Source of the DNA: Longimicrobiales bacterium
Lineage (GTDB): Bacteria > Gemmatimonadota > Gemmatimonadetes > Longimicrobiales > Gaopeijiaceae
Assembly: GCA_965197725.1 (NCBI GenBank)
Contig: CBDANQ010000024.1
Span: forward strand, 1-60,623
Length of the DNA: 60,623 nucleotides
Direction of reading: 5' to 3'
The position numbers and the translations under genes are program-made. A model generated the notes under the pieces. The model worked only from the letters and a program-made list of their open reading frames with translations. It did not search any database and was not told the DNA's origin. Of this stretch, positions 28,627-40,529 are shown piece after piece (position 1 is the first letter of the stretch; the number at the start of each line of letters is the position of its first letter).

Positions 28627-30459
28627 CTAGAAGCCCATCGGAAACTGGACGAGGTTCTCATCCTGCGGAGCGAGGACCTCGGCTCGGCGGTCGACGATAC
28701 GCGCCGCTTCCCGTAGGGCGGTGATCCACAACTCGAGGCGTGTCTGCCGCAGAATCGCCGCCTGCGTCTGCCGCTGCTGGATCGTTTGCCCGAGCCATGC
28801 CGCGGAGTCTGCCTCCACATGGCTCACCTGCTCGATGATGAACGCGTTCGCGGGCGTAATGACGACCTCACTGATCTGACCGGGCCGGAGTCCGAACGAA
28901 GCTCCGATCGCCGCATTATGCCGTCCGAGCCGGGGTACGAAGTCGTTGCGCGTGAACGGAGTTGGCTGGTCAACCTTGAGGCCGACGTCTTCGGCGACCT
29001 GGGTGAGCTCTTCCCCTGCGGCGATGCGGTCCAACATGGCCTGACTGTCCCGGGTGGCCCGATCCATCTTCCGATCGAAGCGGAGCGTCGACTCGATCGT
29101 GACCCGGGCGTCCTCCAGCGGCAGCACACCTTCGGGAGTGGTTCTGATGAGCTCGAGCGCGTAGAACGCCTGGTCGGTCTCGAAGACTGGGCTCACATCA
29201 CCGGGCTCGCCTTCCAGGAACGCCCAGTCCGCTCCTTCGGAGATCTGCCCCGCGCCCCCCACGAAGCGGAAGTTCTCGGCGAGGTCCACTGTAATGACCT
29301 CGAGGCCCGCGTTGGCGGCTGCCTCCTCCAGCGGCATCGCCTCGCCCATGTTCTCAAGCGAGTCGGCCAGCATCAGCAGCGCGATTTCGCTATCGTCGGT
29401 GCGCTCGAAGGGGATCAGTACATGGCGCGCCTGGGCGCTGTCGACACCCCAGCGGTCCTGTACCTCGATGATGTGGTACCCGAAGGGCGTACGCACCGGT
29501 TCGCCAATCGTATTGAGCGGAACCGCGAAGACCGTGCTGTCGAAGGCGGCGATCATGCGCCCTTTCGGGAAGACCCCGAGGTCTCCGCCGAGCGCAGCCG
29601 AGCCCTCATCCGAGGACTCCCTCTGCGCGACTTCAGCGAAGTCGGCGCCGTCGAGGATCTCCTGGCGCACTGCCGCCGCGGTCTCACCGGCAGCCACAGA
29701 ATCCGCCACGGTAGGGGTCTTGTCGAGCACTACGACCCTGACCGAAGCGCGCGCGGGTACGGCGAATTCCTCTTGCTCGGCCCGATAGTACGCCTCTATG
29801 TCGGCGTCTGCGATCTCGAAGTCGTTGTCCTCGTACCGCGTTGCCGGATCCATTGCCACGAAGCGGACTTCGACCTGCTCGTTCTGATCGCGGAAGCGTT
29901 GCCAGAGTTTGGCGTCCGAGAGATAGATCCCGCTGGAGACCTGACGAAGCAGCTTTCCGCGCGGGATTACCTCCCTGTAATACGCCTCGAGAAGCATGAG
30001 CTGGTCCGGCGGGAGAGAGGCGAGAAATGTTTGATACCCCGTGATGTCGAACTGGCCCGTCTCCTGCGACGTGAATTGGGGCCGAAGCTCGGCGGGGGGG
30101 CTCAGCTGAGCGGCCTGGATGATTTCCTGGTCCGTGACCTTGATGCCCCTGCGGCGCAGCTCCTGGCCGACGAGAAGCTGGTTCACCACCTCGTCGAACG
30201 CAGCGTCTTCAATCTCTTTGTTCTGCTGAGACGTGAGAGGCCGTTCCTGAGATCGCTGGATCTGGTCGGAGAGATTCCGGTACGCCGCCATGTAGGCGTC
30301 GTACTTGACCGGATCCCCGTTGACCCGGCCGATGTCGCCAAGGCCACCGGAGCTCTGCCCCGTAATATCCATGCCCCACTGGAACACCATGAGACCGACG
30401 AAGGCCAACGCTGCCAGGAGCATGATCGGCTTCGTCGCCTCTCGCATTTGACGCATCAT
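28627..30459 (-). CDS. SurA/PpiD-family parvulin peptidylprolyl isomerase
   Basis: N-terminal TM and SurA_N, FAEVAQRES.D..SAALGGDLG, PVRTPFGYHII. Confidence 0.9.
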   Translation of the reverse strand: MMRQMREATKPIMLLAALAFVGLMVFQWGMDITGQSSGGLGDIGRVNGDPVKYDAYMAAYRNLSDQIQRSQERPLTSQQNKEIEDAAFDEVVNQLLVGQELRRRGIKVTDQEIIQAAQLSPPAELRPQFTSQETGQFDITGYQTFLASLPPDQLMLLEAYYREVIPRGKLLRQVSSGIYLSDAKLWQRFRDQNEQVEVRFVAMDPATRYEDNDFEIADADIEAYYRAEQEEFAVPARASVRVVVLDKTPTVADSVAAGETAAAVRQEILDGADFAEVAQRESSDEGSAALGGDLGVFPKGRMIAAFDSTVFAVPLNTIGEPVRTPFGYHIIEVQDRWGVDSAQARHVLIPFERTDDSEIALLMLADSLENMGEAMPLEEAAANAGLEVITVDLAENFRFVGGAGQISEGADWAFLEGEPGDVSPVFETDQAFYALELIRTTPEGVLPLEDARVTIESTLRFDRKMDRATRDSQAMLDRIAAGEELTQVAEDVGLKVDQPTPFTRNDFVPRLGRHNAAIGASFGLRPGQISEVVITPANAFIIEQVSHVEADSAAWLGQTIQQRQTQAAILRQTRLELWITALREAARIVDRRAEVLAPQDENLVQFPMGF

Positions 30460-30612
30460 AGACGGCGTCTCTCCTACGACCCACGTAAGGGTTCGGAAAA
30501 CGCGGAAAAGAGAGCAATAGGATAACGGCTCCGAGACCCGCTCTCAACGGAGCGTCCGTGCCCCGGCGGCCGTATTCCGATACGTTGAGCACGCTCTGCG
30601 GTTCCCCTTTCG

Positions 30613-30642
30613 TTGACACTATTTCCAAGGGCTCCGTATCTT
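30613..30642 (+). promoter_or_regulatory. Candidate sigma70 promoter for the TPR-aroQ-efp-acc operon
   Basis: TTGACA-N18-TATCTT in the divergent intergenic region. Confidence 0.6.
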
Positions 30643-30699
30643 CGGGCGATCTCGTAGCCCCTGACGCATCCCCGATCCTATCCCGTTTTCGGAGTCACC

Positions 30700-31800
30700 G
30701 TGACCCAGTCGCTCGAAGGGGAAATCCGCACCCTACGTTCTTTGTTCTGGTCGGACCGTGACCCGGATGGCCTCGGCTTCGCGCCACTCGCCGATGCGTA
30801 TCGACGAGCCGGCGACGCCAAGCAGGCGCTCGAGCTGCTCGGGGACGGTATGGACCGGCATCCGGACTTCACGCCGGGGCACGTCGTCGCGGCCCGGCTC
30901 TACGTGGAGCAGGGTCTCTTCACAGAGGCCGAGATTGCGGCTCGCCGGGTGCTCGATCTCGATCCCGAGAACGTGGACGCACTACGGTCGTTGGTCCGGG
31001 CGCTGGATGAGGAGGGGGAGGCGGTAGAAGCCGCGAAGGTGCGAGAGAAGCTGGCAATTCTCGAACCCGAGCCCCCAGAGCATGAGATGTCCTCAGACGA
31101 TTCGTCCACCCCCGAGGAGCCCGAGACCCAAGAAGACGTTGTCGAGTTTGATCCATTAGCACCGGGAGAGGTCCTGGTCGAGGAGAAAGAGGTCGTCGAC
31201 TTCGCTGCGCTGGCGCCGGATGAGCCGCAGGCGGTCGAGGAGGAAGTCGAGGAAGAGGAGGTCGTCGACTTCGCTACGCTGGCGCCGGATGAGCCCGAGG
31301 CGGTCGAGGAAGAGGAGGTCGTCGACTTCGCTGCGCTGGCGCCGGATGAGCCCGCCCCAGACCAACCCGCCGAGCAGATCCAGACGCGAACGATGGCTGA
31401 CCTGTACGTGACTCAGGGCCTCATCGATCGAGCGATCGAGGTATACCAGCACCTGGTCGACGACGCACCCGATGACGCCGAGTTACGGGCGCGCCTCGAG
31501 GAGTTGAGGGCCGGGGACAGAGAGATCGATGTCGCAAGCGGGGAGACCGAGGCACACACTCCCCATCCGCCAGGCGTCGAGCAGGCGCCCGAAGCCGACG
31601 AGAGCGACTATGGAGAGGTTGAGACGCTCGCCCGCGACCTCGTTGGAAGCGGGGATGCCGAGCATGAGGTCGACACTCCGTTCGCCTGGGCCGAAGAGGT
31701 GAGCGAGGGGCAGGCCGAGGTCGTCGACGGCCCGTCTATCGGGCGATTCTTTGATGACCTACTGAGCTATGGGCAAGCATCGGAGCCGGAGGAGTCGTGA
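30700..31800 (+). CDS. TPR protein with acidic repeat linker
   Basis: FAPLADAYRRAG N-terminal TPRs, VVDFAALAPDEP repeats, and TRTMADLYVTQG..AIEVYQ TPR. Confidence 0.85.
   Translation: MTQSLEGEIRTLRSLFWSDRDPDGLGFAPLADAYRRAGDAKQALELLGDGMDRHPDFTPGHVVAARLYVEQGLFTEAEIAARRVLDLDPENVDALRSLVRALDEEGEAVEAAKVREKLAILEPEPPEHEMSSDDSSTPEEPETQEDVVEFDPLAPGEVLVEEKEVVDFAALAPDEPQAVEEEVEEEEVVDFATLAPDEPEAVEEEEVVDFAALAPDEPAPDQPAEQIQTRTMADLYVTQGLIDRAIEVYQHLVDDAPDDAELRARLEELRAGDREIDVASGETEAHTPHPPGVEQAPEADESDYGEVETLARDLVGSGDAEHEVDTPFAWAEEVSEGQAEVVDGPSIGRFFDDLLSYGQASEPEES
31180..31353 (+). repeat. Coding tandem repeat EE(K/E)EVVDFA(A/T)LAPDEP, 3 copies
   Basis: GAGGTCGTCGACTTCGCT.CGCTGGCGCCGGATGAGCC repeated three times with variable Glu-rich spacers. 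Confidence 0.9.
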
Positions 31801-32231
31801 AAATCGGAGTGGTGCACGGTCCTAACCTCAGGCTACTTGGCCGGCGGGAGCCGGAGGTCTACGGGACCGAGACGCTGGACGACGTGAACCGCATGCTTGC
31901 CGAGGTGGCAGACGAGCTGGGCGTCGAACTGGAGACGTTCCAGTCGAACCACGAGGGGGAGTTGCTCGACTTCATCGAGGACGCCGCCTCCCGCGTCGAG
32001 GGCTTTCTGATCAACCCCGGCGCGTACACGCATACATCGATCGCCTTGCGCGATGTGCTCACGGGTGTGGAGCGCCCGTTCGTCGAGGTTCATCTCTCCA
32101 ACACGGCGGGTCGCGGGCGTTTCCGGCGGCACTCGTACCTGGCACCTGTAGCGTCCGGTGTGGTTCTGGGGTTCGGTGTCCAGAGCTATCTTCTTGGGCT
32201 TCGGGGCCTAGTGGCGCGCACGCGCGGCTAG
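31797..32231 (+). CDS. aroQ: Type II 3-dehydroquinate dehydratase
   Basis: HGPNLRLLGRREPEVYG, FQSNHEG, INPGAYTHTSIALRD, EVHLSN. Confidence 0.97.
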   Translation: MKIGVVHGPNLRLLGRREPEVYGTETLDDVNRMLAEVADELGVELETFQSNHEGELLDFIEDAASRVEGFLINPGAYTHTSIALRDVLTGVERPFVEVHLSNTAGRGRFRRHSYLAPVASGVVLGFGVQSYLLGLRGLVARTRG

Positions 32232-32271
32232 CCCCTCTTCACGAACACCTGTTTTCAGGACGCGAGGTTCG

Positions 32272-32838
32272 ATGGCGAGCACCGCGGATTTCCGCAACGG
32301 AATGGTTCTCGAGGTCGATGGAGATCTCTGGGCGATTGCGTATTTCCAGCATGTGAAGCCGGGGAAGGGCGGTGCATTCGTGCGCACCAAGCTGAAGAAC
32401 GTTCTCTCGGGCGCGGTCGTCGAGAAGACATACCGATCGGGTGAGAAGGTCTACGACGTTCGGCTCGAGCGGCGGCCCGTGAACTACAGCTATATGGATG
32501 GCGACCTGTACTACTTCATGGACGCCACCACGTACGATATGATCCCGATTGCTGGCGATTTGCTCGGCGAGGATCAGCTCAAGTACCTCAAGGAGAACAT
32601 GGCGTGCGAGGGGCTCGTGCACGATGACAAGGTCATCAGCGTCGAGCTCCCGAATTTCGTGGAGCTCGAGGTGACCAACACCGATCCGGGGTTCAAAGGC
32701 GACACGGCACAGGGGGCCACCAAGTCCGCCGTCCTCGAGACCGGGGCCGAGATCCAGGTTCCGCTCTTCGTCGAAGACGGCGATGTGCTGAGAATCGATC
32801 GCCGAGAGGACAAGTACATGTCCCGAGTAAACGCATGA
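32272..32838 (+). CDS. efp: Elongation factor P
   Basis: [30 protein letters not shown]. Confidence 0.98.
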   Translation: MASTADFRNGMVLEVDGDLWAIAYFQHVKPGKGGAFVRTKLKNVLSGAVVEKTYRSGEKVYDVRLERRPVNYSYMDGDLYYFMDATTYDMIPIAGDLLGEDQLKYLKENMACEGLVHDDKVISVELPNFVELEVTNTDPGFKGDTAQGATKSAVLETGAEIQVPLFVEDGDVLRIDRREDKYMSRVNA

Positions 32839-33314
32839 TCGACCTGGATTTCCTCGAGCGGCTGATCAAGGCGCTCGACGAAAGCAGCGTCGATTCGCTC
32901 GAGATCGAGCGGGGCGGCACTCGCGTGAGCCTGGCGAAGACGCCTCGGCAGCCGGCGGTGGTGTCACCCCACGCTTCGCTTCAGTCGCTTGCGGGCCCCA
33001 TGCCGGGAATGGTGTCGGCAGCTTCTGCCCAAGGGGCGGCTCCGGTGGCGGAACCTCCGCAGGTCTCGAGCAACCTGATCACCATCGAGTCGCCGATGGT
33101 GGGCACGTTCTACCGGGGGCCGGCGCCGGATGCACCGCCCTATGTCGATACCGGCACCGATGTTGCGCCAGGTGATACCCTGTGCATCATCGAAGCGATG
33201 AAGCTCATGAACGAGCTCGAGTGCGAGGTAAAAGGCGCCATCGTCGAGATCTGCGTCGAGAACGCGCAGCCCGTGGAGTATGGGCAGGTGCTGTTCCGCG
33301 TCGACCCGGCCTGA
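32835..33314 (+). CDS. accB: Acetyl-CoA carboxylase biotin carboxyl carrier protein
   Basis: [16 protein letters not shown]. Confidence 0.97.
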   Translation: MIDLDFLERLIKALDESSVDSLEIERGGTRVSLAKTPRQPAVVSPHASLQSLAGPMPGMVSAASAQGAAPVAEPPQVSSNLITIESPMVGTFYRGPAPDAPPYVDTGTDVAPGDTLCIIEAMKLMNELECEVKGAIVEICVENAQPVEYGQVLFRVDPA

Positions 33315-33334
33315 GCACGGCCAGAGAGACCCCT

Positions 33335-34699
33335 TTGTTCAAGAAAGTCCTCATCGCCAATCGCGGCGAAATCGCACTCCGTACCCTTCGGGCGTGTCAC
33401 GAGCTCGGTGTGCAGACGGTTGCCGTATACTCCGAAGCGGATCGGGAGTCGCTTCACGTTCGCTTCGCGGACGAGGACGTGTGTATCGGCAAGGCGCCGG
33501 CAAGTGACAGCTATCTCAACATCCCGCGGATCATTGCGGCGGCCGAGGTCACGGGCTCGGAGGCGATCCACCCTGGCTACGGATTCCTCGCGGAAAACGC
33601 CGAGTTCAGCGAGATCTGCGCCCGCTCCGATCTGACGTTTATTGGGCCGACGCCGGACCAGATCAGCTCGATGGGCGACAAGGCGACGGCCCGCAGGACG
33701 ATGATGGCGAGTGGTGTGCCCACCATTCCGGGCTCGGACGGCATCATCGACGATGTGGCGGAGGCCAAGGCCGTCGCCAAAGAAATCGGCTTCCCGATCA
33801 TGATTAAAGCGTCGAGGGGCGGCGGCGGCAAAGGAATGCGCATCGCCGAGGACGCGGGGTCCTTCGAGAAGCAGCTGCTCGCGGCGCAGACCGAGGCGGA
33901 GGTCAGTTTCGGCAATCCAGCCGTATACCTGGAGCGGTGCATCCTCCGGCCGCGCCATGTGGAGTTCCAGGTCTTTGGCGACTCGCTCGGCACCGTCGTT
34001 CATCTCGGCGAGCGCGAGTGCTCGATTCAGCGCCGTCACCAAAAGCTGCTGGAGGAGGCGCCGTCTCCGGCGCTGACGTCCGAACTCCGCGAACAGATGG
34101 GTGAGGCGGCGGTTCTCGCGGCGAAGGCCATCGACTACGTAGGTGCAGGCACCGTCGAATTCTTGCTTGACCAGGACGGCTCGTTCTTCTTCATGGAGAT
34201 GAACACTCGGATCCAGGTCGAGCATCCGGTGACCGAGGTCACGACAGGCTTCGACCTCGTGCGGGAGCAGATCCGCGTCGCGGCGGGGGAGCCTATTGCG
34301 TTCCCCATGAACTGCGCTGGCTTCCAACACCGCGGTCACGCGATCGAATTCCGGATCAATGCCGAGGACCCCGCGCGCGACTTCGTACCAACGCCCGGTA
34401 CGATTCAGACGTTCCATCCCCCTGGCGGACCGGGTGTTCGGCTCGACACGCACGTATATGCGGGATACAAGGTACCGCCTCACTACGACTCGTTGATCGC
34501 GAAGCTGATCGTGAGCGGTGCCACGCGCGCGGAGACGATCGTCCGGGCCCGGCACGTGTTGGATCAATTCATCATCGAGGGAATTCCGACCACGCTGCCG
34601 TTCCTCCGGCGAATCGTCGACGACGAGGTGTTCGTAAGGGGTGATGTGGATACGGGGTTTGTCGCACGCATGATGGCCGAGGACGAAGCCGACGCATGA
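33335..34699 (+). CDS. accC: Acetyl-CoA carboxylase biotin carboxylase
   Basis: [45 protein letters not shown]. Confidence 0.97.
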   Translation: MFKKVLIANRGEIALRTLRACHELGVQTVAVYSEADRESLHVRFADEDVCIGKAPASDSYLNIPRIIAAAEVTGSEAIHPGYGFLAENAEFSEICARSDLTFIGPTPDQISSMGDKATARRTMMASGVPTIPGSDGIIDDVAEAKAVAKEIGFPIMIKASRGGGGKGMRIAEDAGSFEKQLLAAQTEAEVSFGNPAVYLERCILRPRHVEFQVFGDSLGTVVHLGERECSIQRRHQKLLEEAPSPALTSELREQMGEAAVLAAKAIDYVGAGTVEFLLDQDGSFFFMEMNTRIQVEHPVTEVTTGFDLVREQIRVAAGEPIAFPMNCAGFQHRGHAIEFRINAEDPARDFVPTPGTIQTFHPPGGPGVRLDTHVYAGYKVPPHYDSLIAKLIVSGATRAETIVRARHVLDQFIIEGIPTTLPFLRRIVDDEVFVRGDVDTGFVARMMAEDEADA

Positions 34700-35167
34700 G
34701 AGTCGACGTCCACTTCACCCGCACTGAAGTCGATTCAGCGGCGCTAGCCGAAGCGACGGCCGTGGTGATCGACGTCCTGCGGGCCACGACCACGATCGTC
34801 GAGGCGCTCGCAAACGGGGCTGTTGGCGTCTACCCCACCATGTCCGCCGAAGACGCCGCGAAGCTCGCGGCGTCATTAGGCCGGGAAGACACGCTCCTGT
34901 GCGGCGTGCGTTGTGTGCCGGGCACCTGATCCGTCGAGTCATCGAGGGCGGGACTGGCACGTTCGAACTCAACGACGCTGCCCTCGCCGCGTGTGCGCTC
35001 GCGGACAAGCTCAACCCGGACCGGGCCTTCCTGGAAGGCACCACCGGGGCCGTTCGCTCGCCGACATCGGGCTGGCTGGGGATCTGGAGCTTTGCGGAGA
35101 AGTCGACCGGCATGACATCGTGCCCATGATGCACGATCAGGCCATCACCCTGTCGGGAGCTCGATAA
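34696..35167 (+). pseudogene. comB: 2-phosphosulfolactate phosphatase (ComB family), internally deleted and frameshifted
   Basis: N-terminal VIDVLRATTTI..LLCG jumps directly to C-terminal ALCAGHL. The family GNSP and TTNGT motifs are missing. A second frame change occurs near 35046. Confidence 0.8.
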
Positions 35168-35174
35168 CGTCGAC

Positions 35175-37429
<2,255 letters not shown>

Positions 37430-37433
<4 letters not shown>

Positions 37434-38101
37434 TGCTTTTTAGGGTCGCATGGGTGGCCGGACTGGCCCTGTCGATCGTCGGCATGCGCCCACAGTTGGC
37501 TCTTGCGCAGGCGGTGGAGGGGCTCTCCCTGCTCGAGGCGACCGCCGCGCGCTACGAGCGCGTAACCGGCTTCTGCGCGGACTTCACACAGCACCTTTCC
37601 GTGCCGTTGCTCGGCGATGAGCGGACCGGGACCGGGCAGATGTGTCAGGCGCGCCCGAACAGATTCGCGATGCGGTTCTCCGATCCTGAGGGTGATCTCG
37701 TGGTCGTCGATGGAGAGTGGGTCTGGCTTTACTACCCGAGCCTGGACCCGAAACAGGTCATCAGGTTCGCGATGGCGGACGGGGCCGGTGCCTACGACCT
37801 CCACAAAGAGCTCCTGGAGGATCCGGCCACCAAGTATGACGTCACATACGAGGCGGTCGACGAAGTCGCGGGACGCCAGACGCATCGCCTCCGACTGGTC
37901 CCACGCGCCCGGTCCTCGTACGAGGCGGCGGTGATCTGGATCGACCAACAAGAGCCCGTTCTCCGTCAGATCCGCATCGAGGACGAAAACGGCACCGTGC
38001 GGACGATCACGCTCGAGCGCGTTGATCTCGACCCCATCGCGGTGGACGACGACTGGTTCACGTTCACGCCGCCGCCCGGCTCGCTGGTCATTTCTAGATG
38101 A
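37430..38101 (+). CDS. lolA: Outer-membrane lipoprotein carrier LolA
   Basis: ADFTQ, RPNRF, VVDGEWVWLYYP, FTFTPPPG. Follows ftsK. Confidence 0.9.
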
Positions 38102-38372
38102 CTAGAAGGGTGATCGGAAAGGCGGGTGGGCCGCCATGTGCCCAGCACCGGGATGAAGGGAACAGACGAGTGCGTGGGTTACGGTGGCACGGCCCCATCT
38201 CCGTCGTTGGAGCTCCTAGGACCACCGCCTCCGGCGGCGGTGCCCGCGACGGCTATGGCGTCGTCGCTCCGCGACCCGCGCGACGCGCGGGTGCCCCCTG
38301 GAGCCGTGGCACCCGGGGACCCGTGCGACAGCACGGGTGGCGGCCCGCCCGCCTTTCCGATCACCCTTCTAG
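38102..38372. mobile_element. MITE-like element B, CTAG-bounded, 35-bp TIRs
   Basis: CTAGAAGGGTGATCGGAAAGGCGGGTGGGCCGCCA at 38102-38136 and its reverse complement (1 mismatch) at 38338-38372. Shared core. Confidence 0.85.
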
Positions 38373-38384
38373 AGCCGCGCGCAC

Positions 38385-39839
38385 GTGAGTCGGACGCGCG
38401 ACCTCCCGGTCTTCCCGCTCACGCCCGACCCGGTGCGGCCTGACGTCTCGCCGGACGTCGCGCCCGTACGCCACGAGTTGGTGGCTGCGGGATCACTCGA
38501 CGGGCCACGCATCGCGCTGATTACGTTGGGATGCGACAAGAACAGTGTCGACTCGGAGCGCATGATGGCGGTGCTGCTAGGCCACGGAGCCCACGTGTCG
38601 AGTGACGTGGACGGCTCTGACGTGGTGATCGTGAACACGTGCGGCTTCATCCAGCAAGCCAAAGAACAGTCGATCGAGACGATCCTGGAGGCTTGCGATC
38701 TCAAGGAGCGCGGGCACCTGAAGGCGGTGGTCGCCGTGGGGTGCCTGGTCGAGCGCTACAAGCGAGATCTCCAGGAAGAGATTCCCGAGGTCGATCTCTT
38801 CATGGGACTGACTGAGCTCCAGGGGCTCGTGCCCGAGTTGCGCTCAAGGGGACTGCTGCCCGACTCCGAAGCGGTGCCCATGATGGAGCGCCCACTGCGC
38901 GTGCTCTCCACCGAGACCCCGCACACGTCGTACTTGAAGATCAGCGAGGGGTGCGACCACACGTGCGCGTTCTGCGCGATTCCGCTCATGAGGGGACTAC
39001 ACAGGTCTCAGCCGGTGGCCGAGCTGGTGCGCGAAGCGGCGGGCCTCGGCGCTCGGGGAGTAAAGGAGATCAACATCGTCTCGCAGGACACGACGTGGTA
39101 CGGGCGAGACGCCCGCCGCCGTGACCGGGAAGCCCTGCTGCTCCCCGAGCTGCTGCGCGCGCTCATCGACGGTACAGATGTGCCCTGGTACCGCCTCTTC
39201 TACATGTATCCGTCCGGGATCACTCGCGAGATGGTCGAGCTGATCGCAGGTGAGGCACGGATCGTGCCGTATCTCGACATGCCGATTCAGCACGGGAGCG
39301 ATCGCATGCTCCAGCTCATGCGCAGGCCCGAACGTCGAGAGACCATTCGGGAGCGCGTGGGATGGCTGCGCGACGCGATCCCGGACCTCACGCTCCGTAC
39401 GACGGTGATCATTGGGTTCCCTGGTGAAAAGGACGACGACTTCAGAGAGATGCGCGACCTGCTGGAAGAGATCCGATTCGAGCGTGTGGGCGCCTTCACC
39501 TACTCCGTGGAGGAGGGCACCCGCGCGGCCGACATGGGTGGGCAACTGGAACAGCCCGTGATGAACGAACGGCTCGAGGAACTGATGGAGGTTCAGCGGG
39601 ACATCAGCTTCGAAAAGAACTTCGCCCTGGTCGGTCAGCACACGACCGCGCTCGTCGACCACCGACTCGAGGACGACGCAGAGTTCGTCGCGGTCGCGCA
39701 CACGGTTGCTCAGGCGCACGAGGTCGACGGCGTTACCAACCTCATTGCGGTGGAGGGGATCGAGCCTGGCAGCATGATCGAGGTCGAGATCGTAGACGCG
39801 TTCGACTACGACCTGGTCGCGAAAATCACGGGCAGGTGA
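38385..39839 (+). CDS. rimO: Ribosomal protein S12 methylthiotransferase RimO
   Basis: LGCDKNSVDSE, NTCGFI, YLKISEGCDHTCAFC, TRAM domain. Confidence 0.95.
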   Translation: MSRTRDLPVFPLTPDPVRPDVSPDVAPVRHELVAAGSLDGPRIALITLGCDKNSVDSERMMAVLLGHGAHVSSDVDGSDVVIVNTCGFIQQAKEQSIETILEACDLKERGHLKAVVAVGCLVERYKRDLQEEIPEVDLFMGLTELQGLVPELRSRGLLPDSEAVPMMERPLRVLSTETPHTSYLKISEGCDHTCAFCAIPLMRGLHRSQPVAELVREAAGLGARGVKEINIVSQDTTWYGRDARRRDREALLLPELLRALIDGTDVPWYRLFYMYPSGITREMVELIAGEARIVPYLDMPIQHGSDRMLQLMRRPERRETIRERVGWLRDAIPDLTLRTTVIIGFPGEKDDDFREMRDLLEEIRFERVGAFTYSVEEGTRAADMGGQLEQPVMNERLEELMEVQRDISFEKNFALVGQHTTALVDHRLEDDAEFVAVAHTVAQAHEVDGVTNLIAVEGIEPGSMIEVEIVDAFDYDLVAKITGR

Positions 39840-39854
39840 CGAGAAGGGAGGCAG

Positions 39855-40529
39855 ATGCGGTTTAGTATGTGGGTGATCGTGACGGCGGTGGTGGGCGTTG
39901 TAGCTGGGCCGAACGGGGCCAAGGGCCAGGAGCCCGCCGACTTCGACTACGAGAACCTGTCTTTGCGCGGCCTGGGCTTCGAGTGGGGCTACTCGTACCC
40001 GTCCCGCGTGGAGCAGACCCAGAGCTACGGCTTGCGCATCGACATGGGATACCTCGGGCCGGGACTCAGGATCGTACCCAGCGTGACGTATTGGAAGGCC
40101 CCGTTTCAGGCGGCCGAGATCGAAGAGCTCGAGGCGCGAGTCGCCGGGCTCGTTCAGGCCCAGTCGGGTGGCGCGGCTCCGAGCGTCGACCTCGGAACGA
40201 TCGAGTGGAGCGATGTCGCGGTTGCCCTCGACGCCCATGTCGTGTGGTCGATCCCCTTGGGGTTCCTGTCGTTCGGTGGCCTAGGAATTGCCGCGCACGT
40301 GATGAACGGCGATGGCGCCGCCATCAACGGCACCTTCGTCGAGGATCTCTTGGATTCGGTGGCTGCAGGCTTCAACCTGCATGCTGGCCTCGAGTATCCG
40401 GTGAGCGACCGGTTCCGGCTCAACGGGCAGGGACGGTACGAGGTACTCGGAGATCTACAGTACTTCCAGATGAGGTTTGGAGCCCAGCTCATGATCGGCG
40501 AAAACGCGCCAGGAGAGCGGAGTCGGTGA
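39855..40529 (+). CDS. Exported protein, probable small outer-membrane beta-barrel
   Basis: Signal peptide and alternating aromatic/Gly strands (GFNLHAGLEYPV, FQMRFGAQLMI). Preceded by a GGAGG RBS. Confidence 0.65.
   Translation: MRFSMWVIVTAVVGVVAGPNGAKGQEPADFDYENLSLRGLGFEWGYSYPSRVEQTQSYGLRIDMGYLGPGLRIVPSVTYWKAPFQAAEIEELEARVAGLVQAQSGGAAPSVDLGTIEWSDVAVALDAHVVWSIPLGFLSFGGLGIAAHVMNGDGAAINGTFVEDLLDSVAAGFNLHAGLEYPVSDRFRLNGQGRYEVLGDLQYFQMRFGAQLMIGENAPGERSR

Noticed and set aside
28786..30525. 579-aa + strand ORF and other long antisense ORFs (22090-23640, 33140-34567, 46746-48236)
   Set aside because: They are shadows of well-supported genes on the opposite strand, expected at high GC, and show no recognisable motifs.
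38098..38443. Short ORFs overlapping MITE B (and 41587-41805 over C)
   Set aside because: They are incidental translations of the palindromic repeat, with no conserved start, stop or frame among A, B and C.
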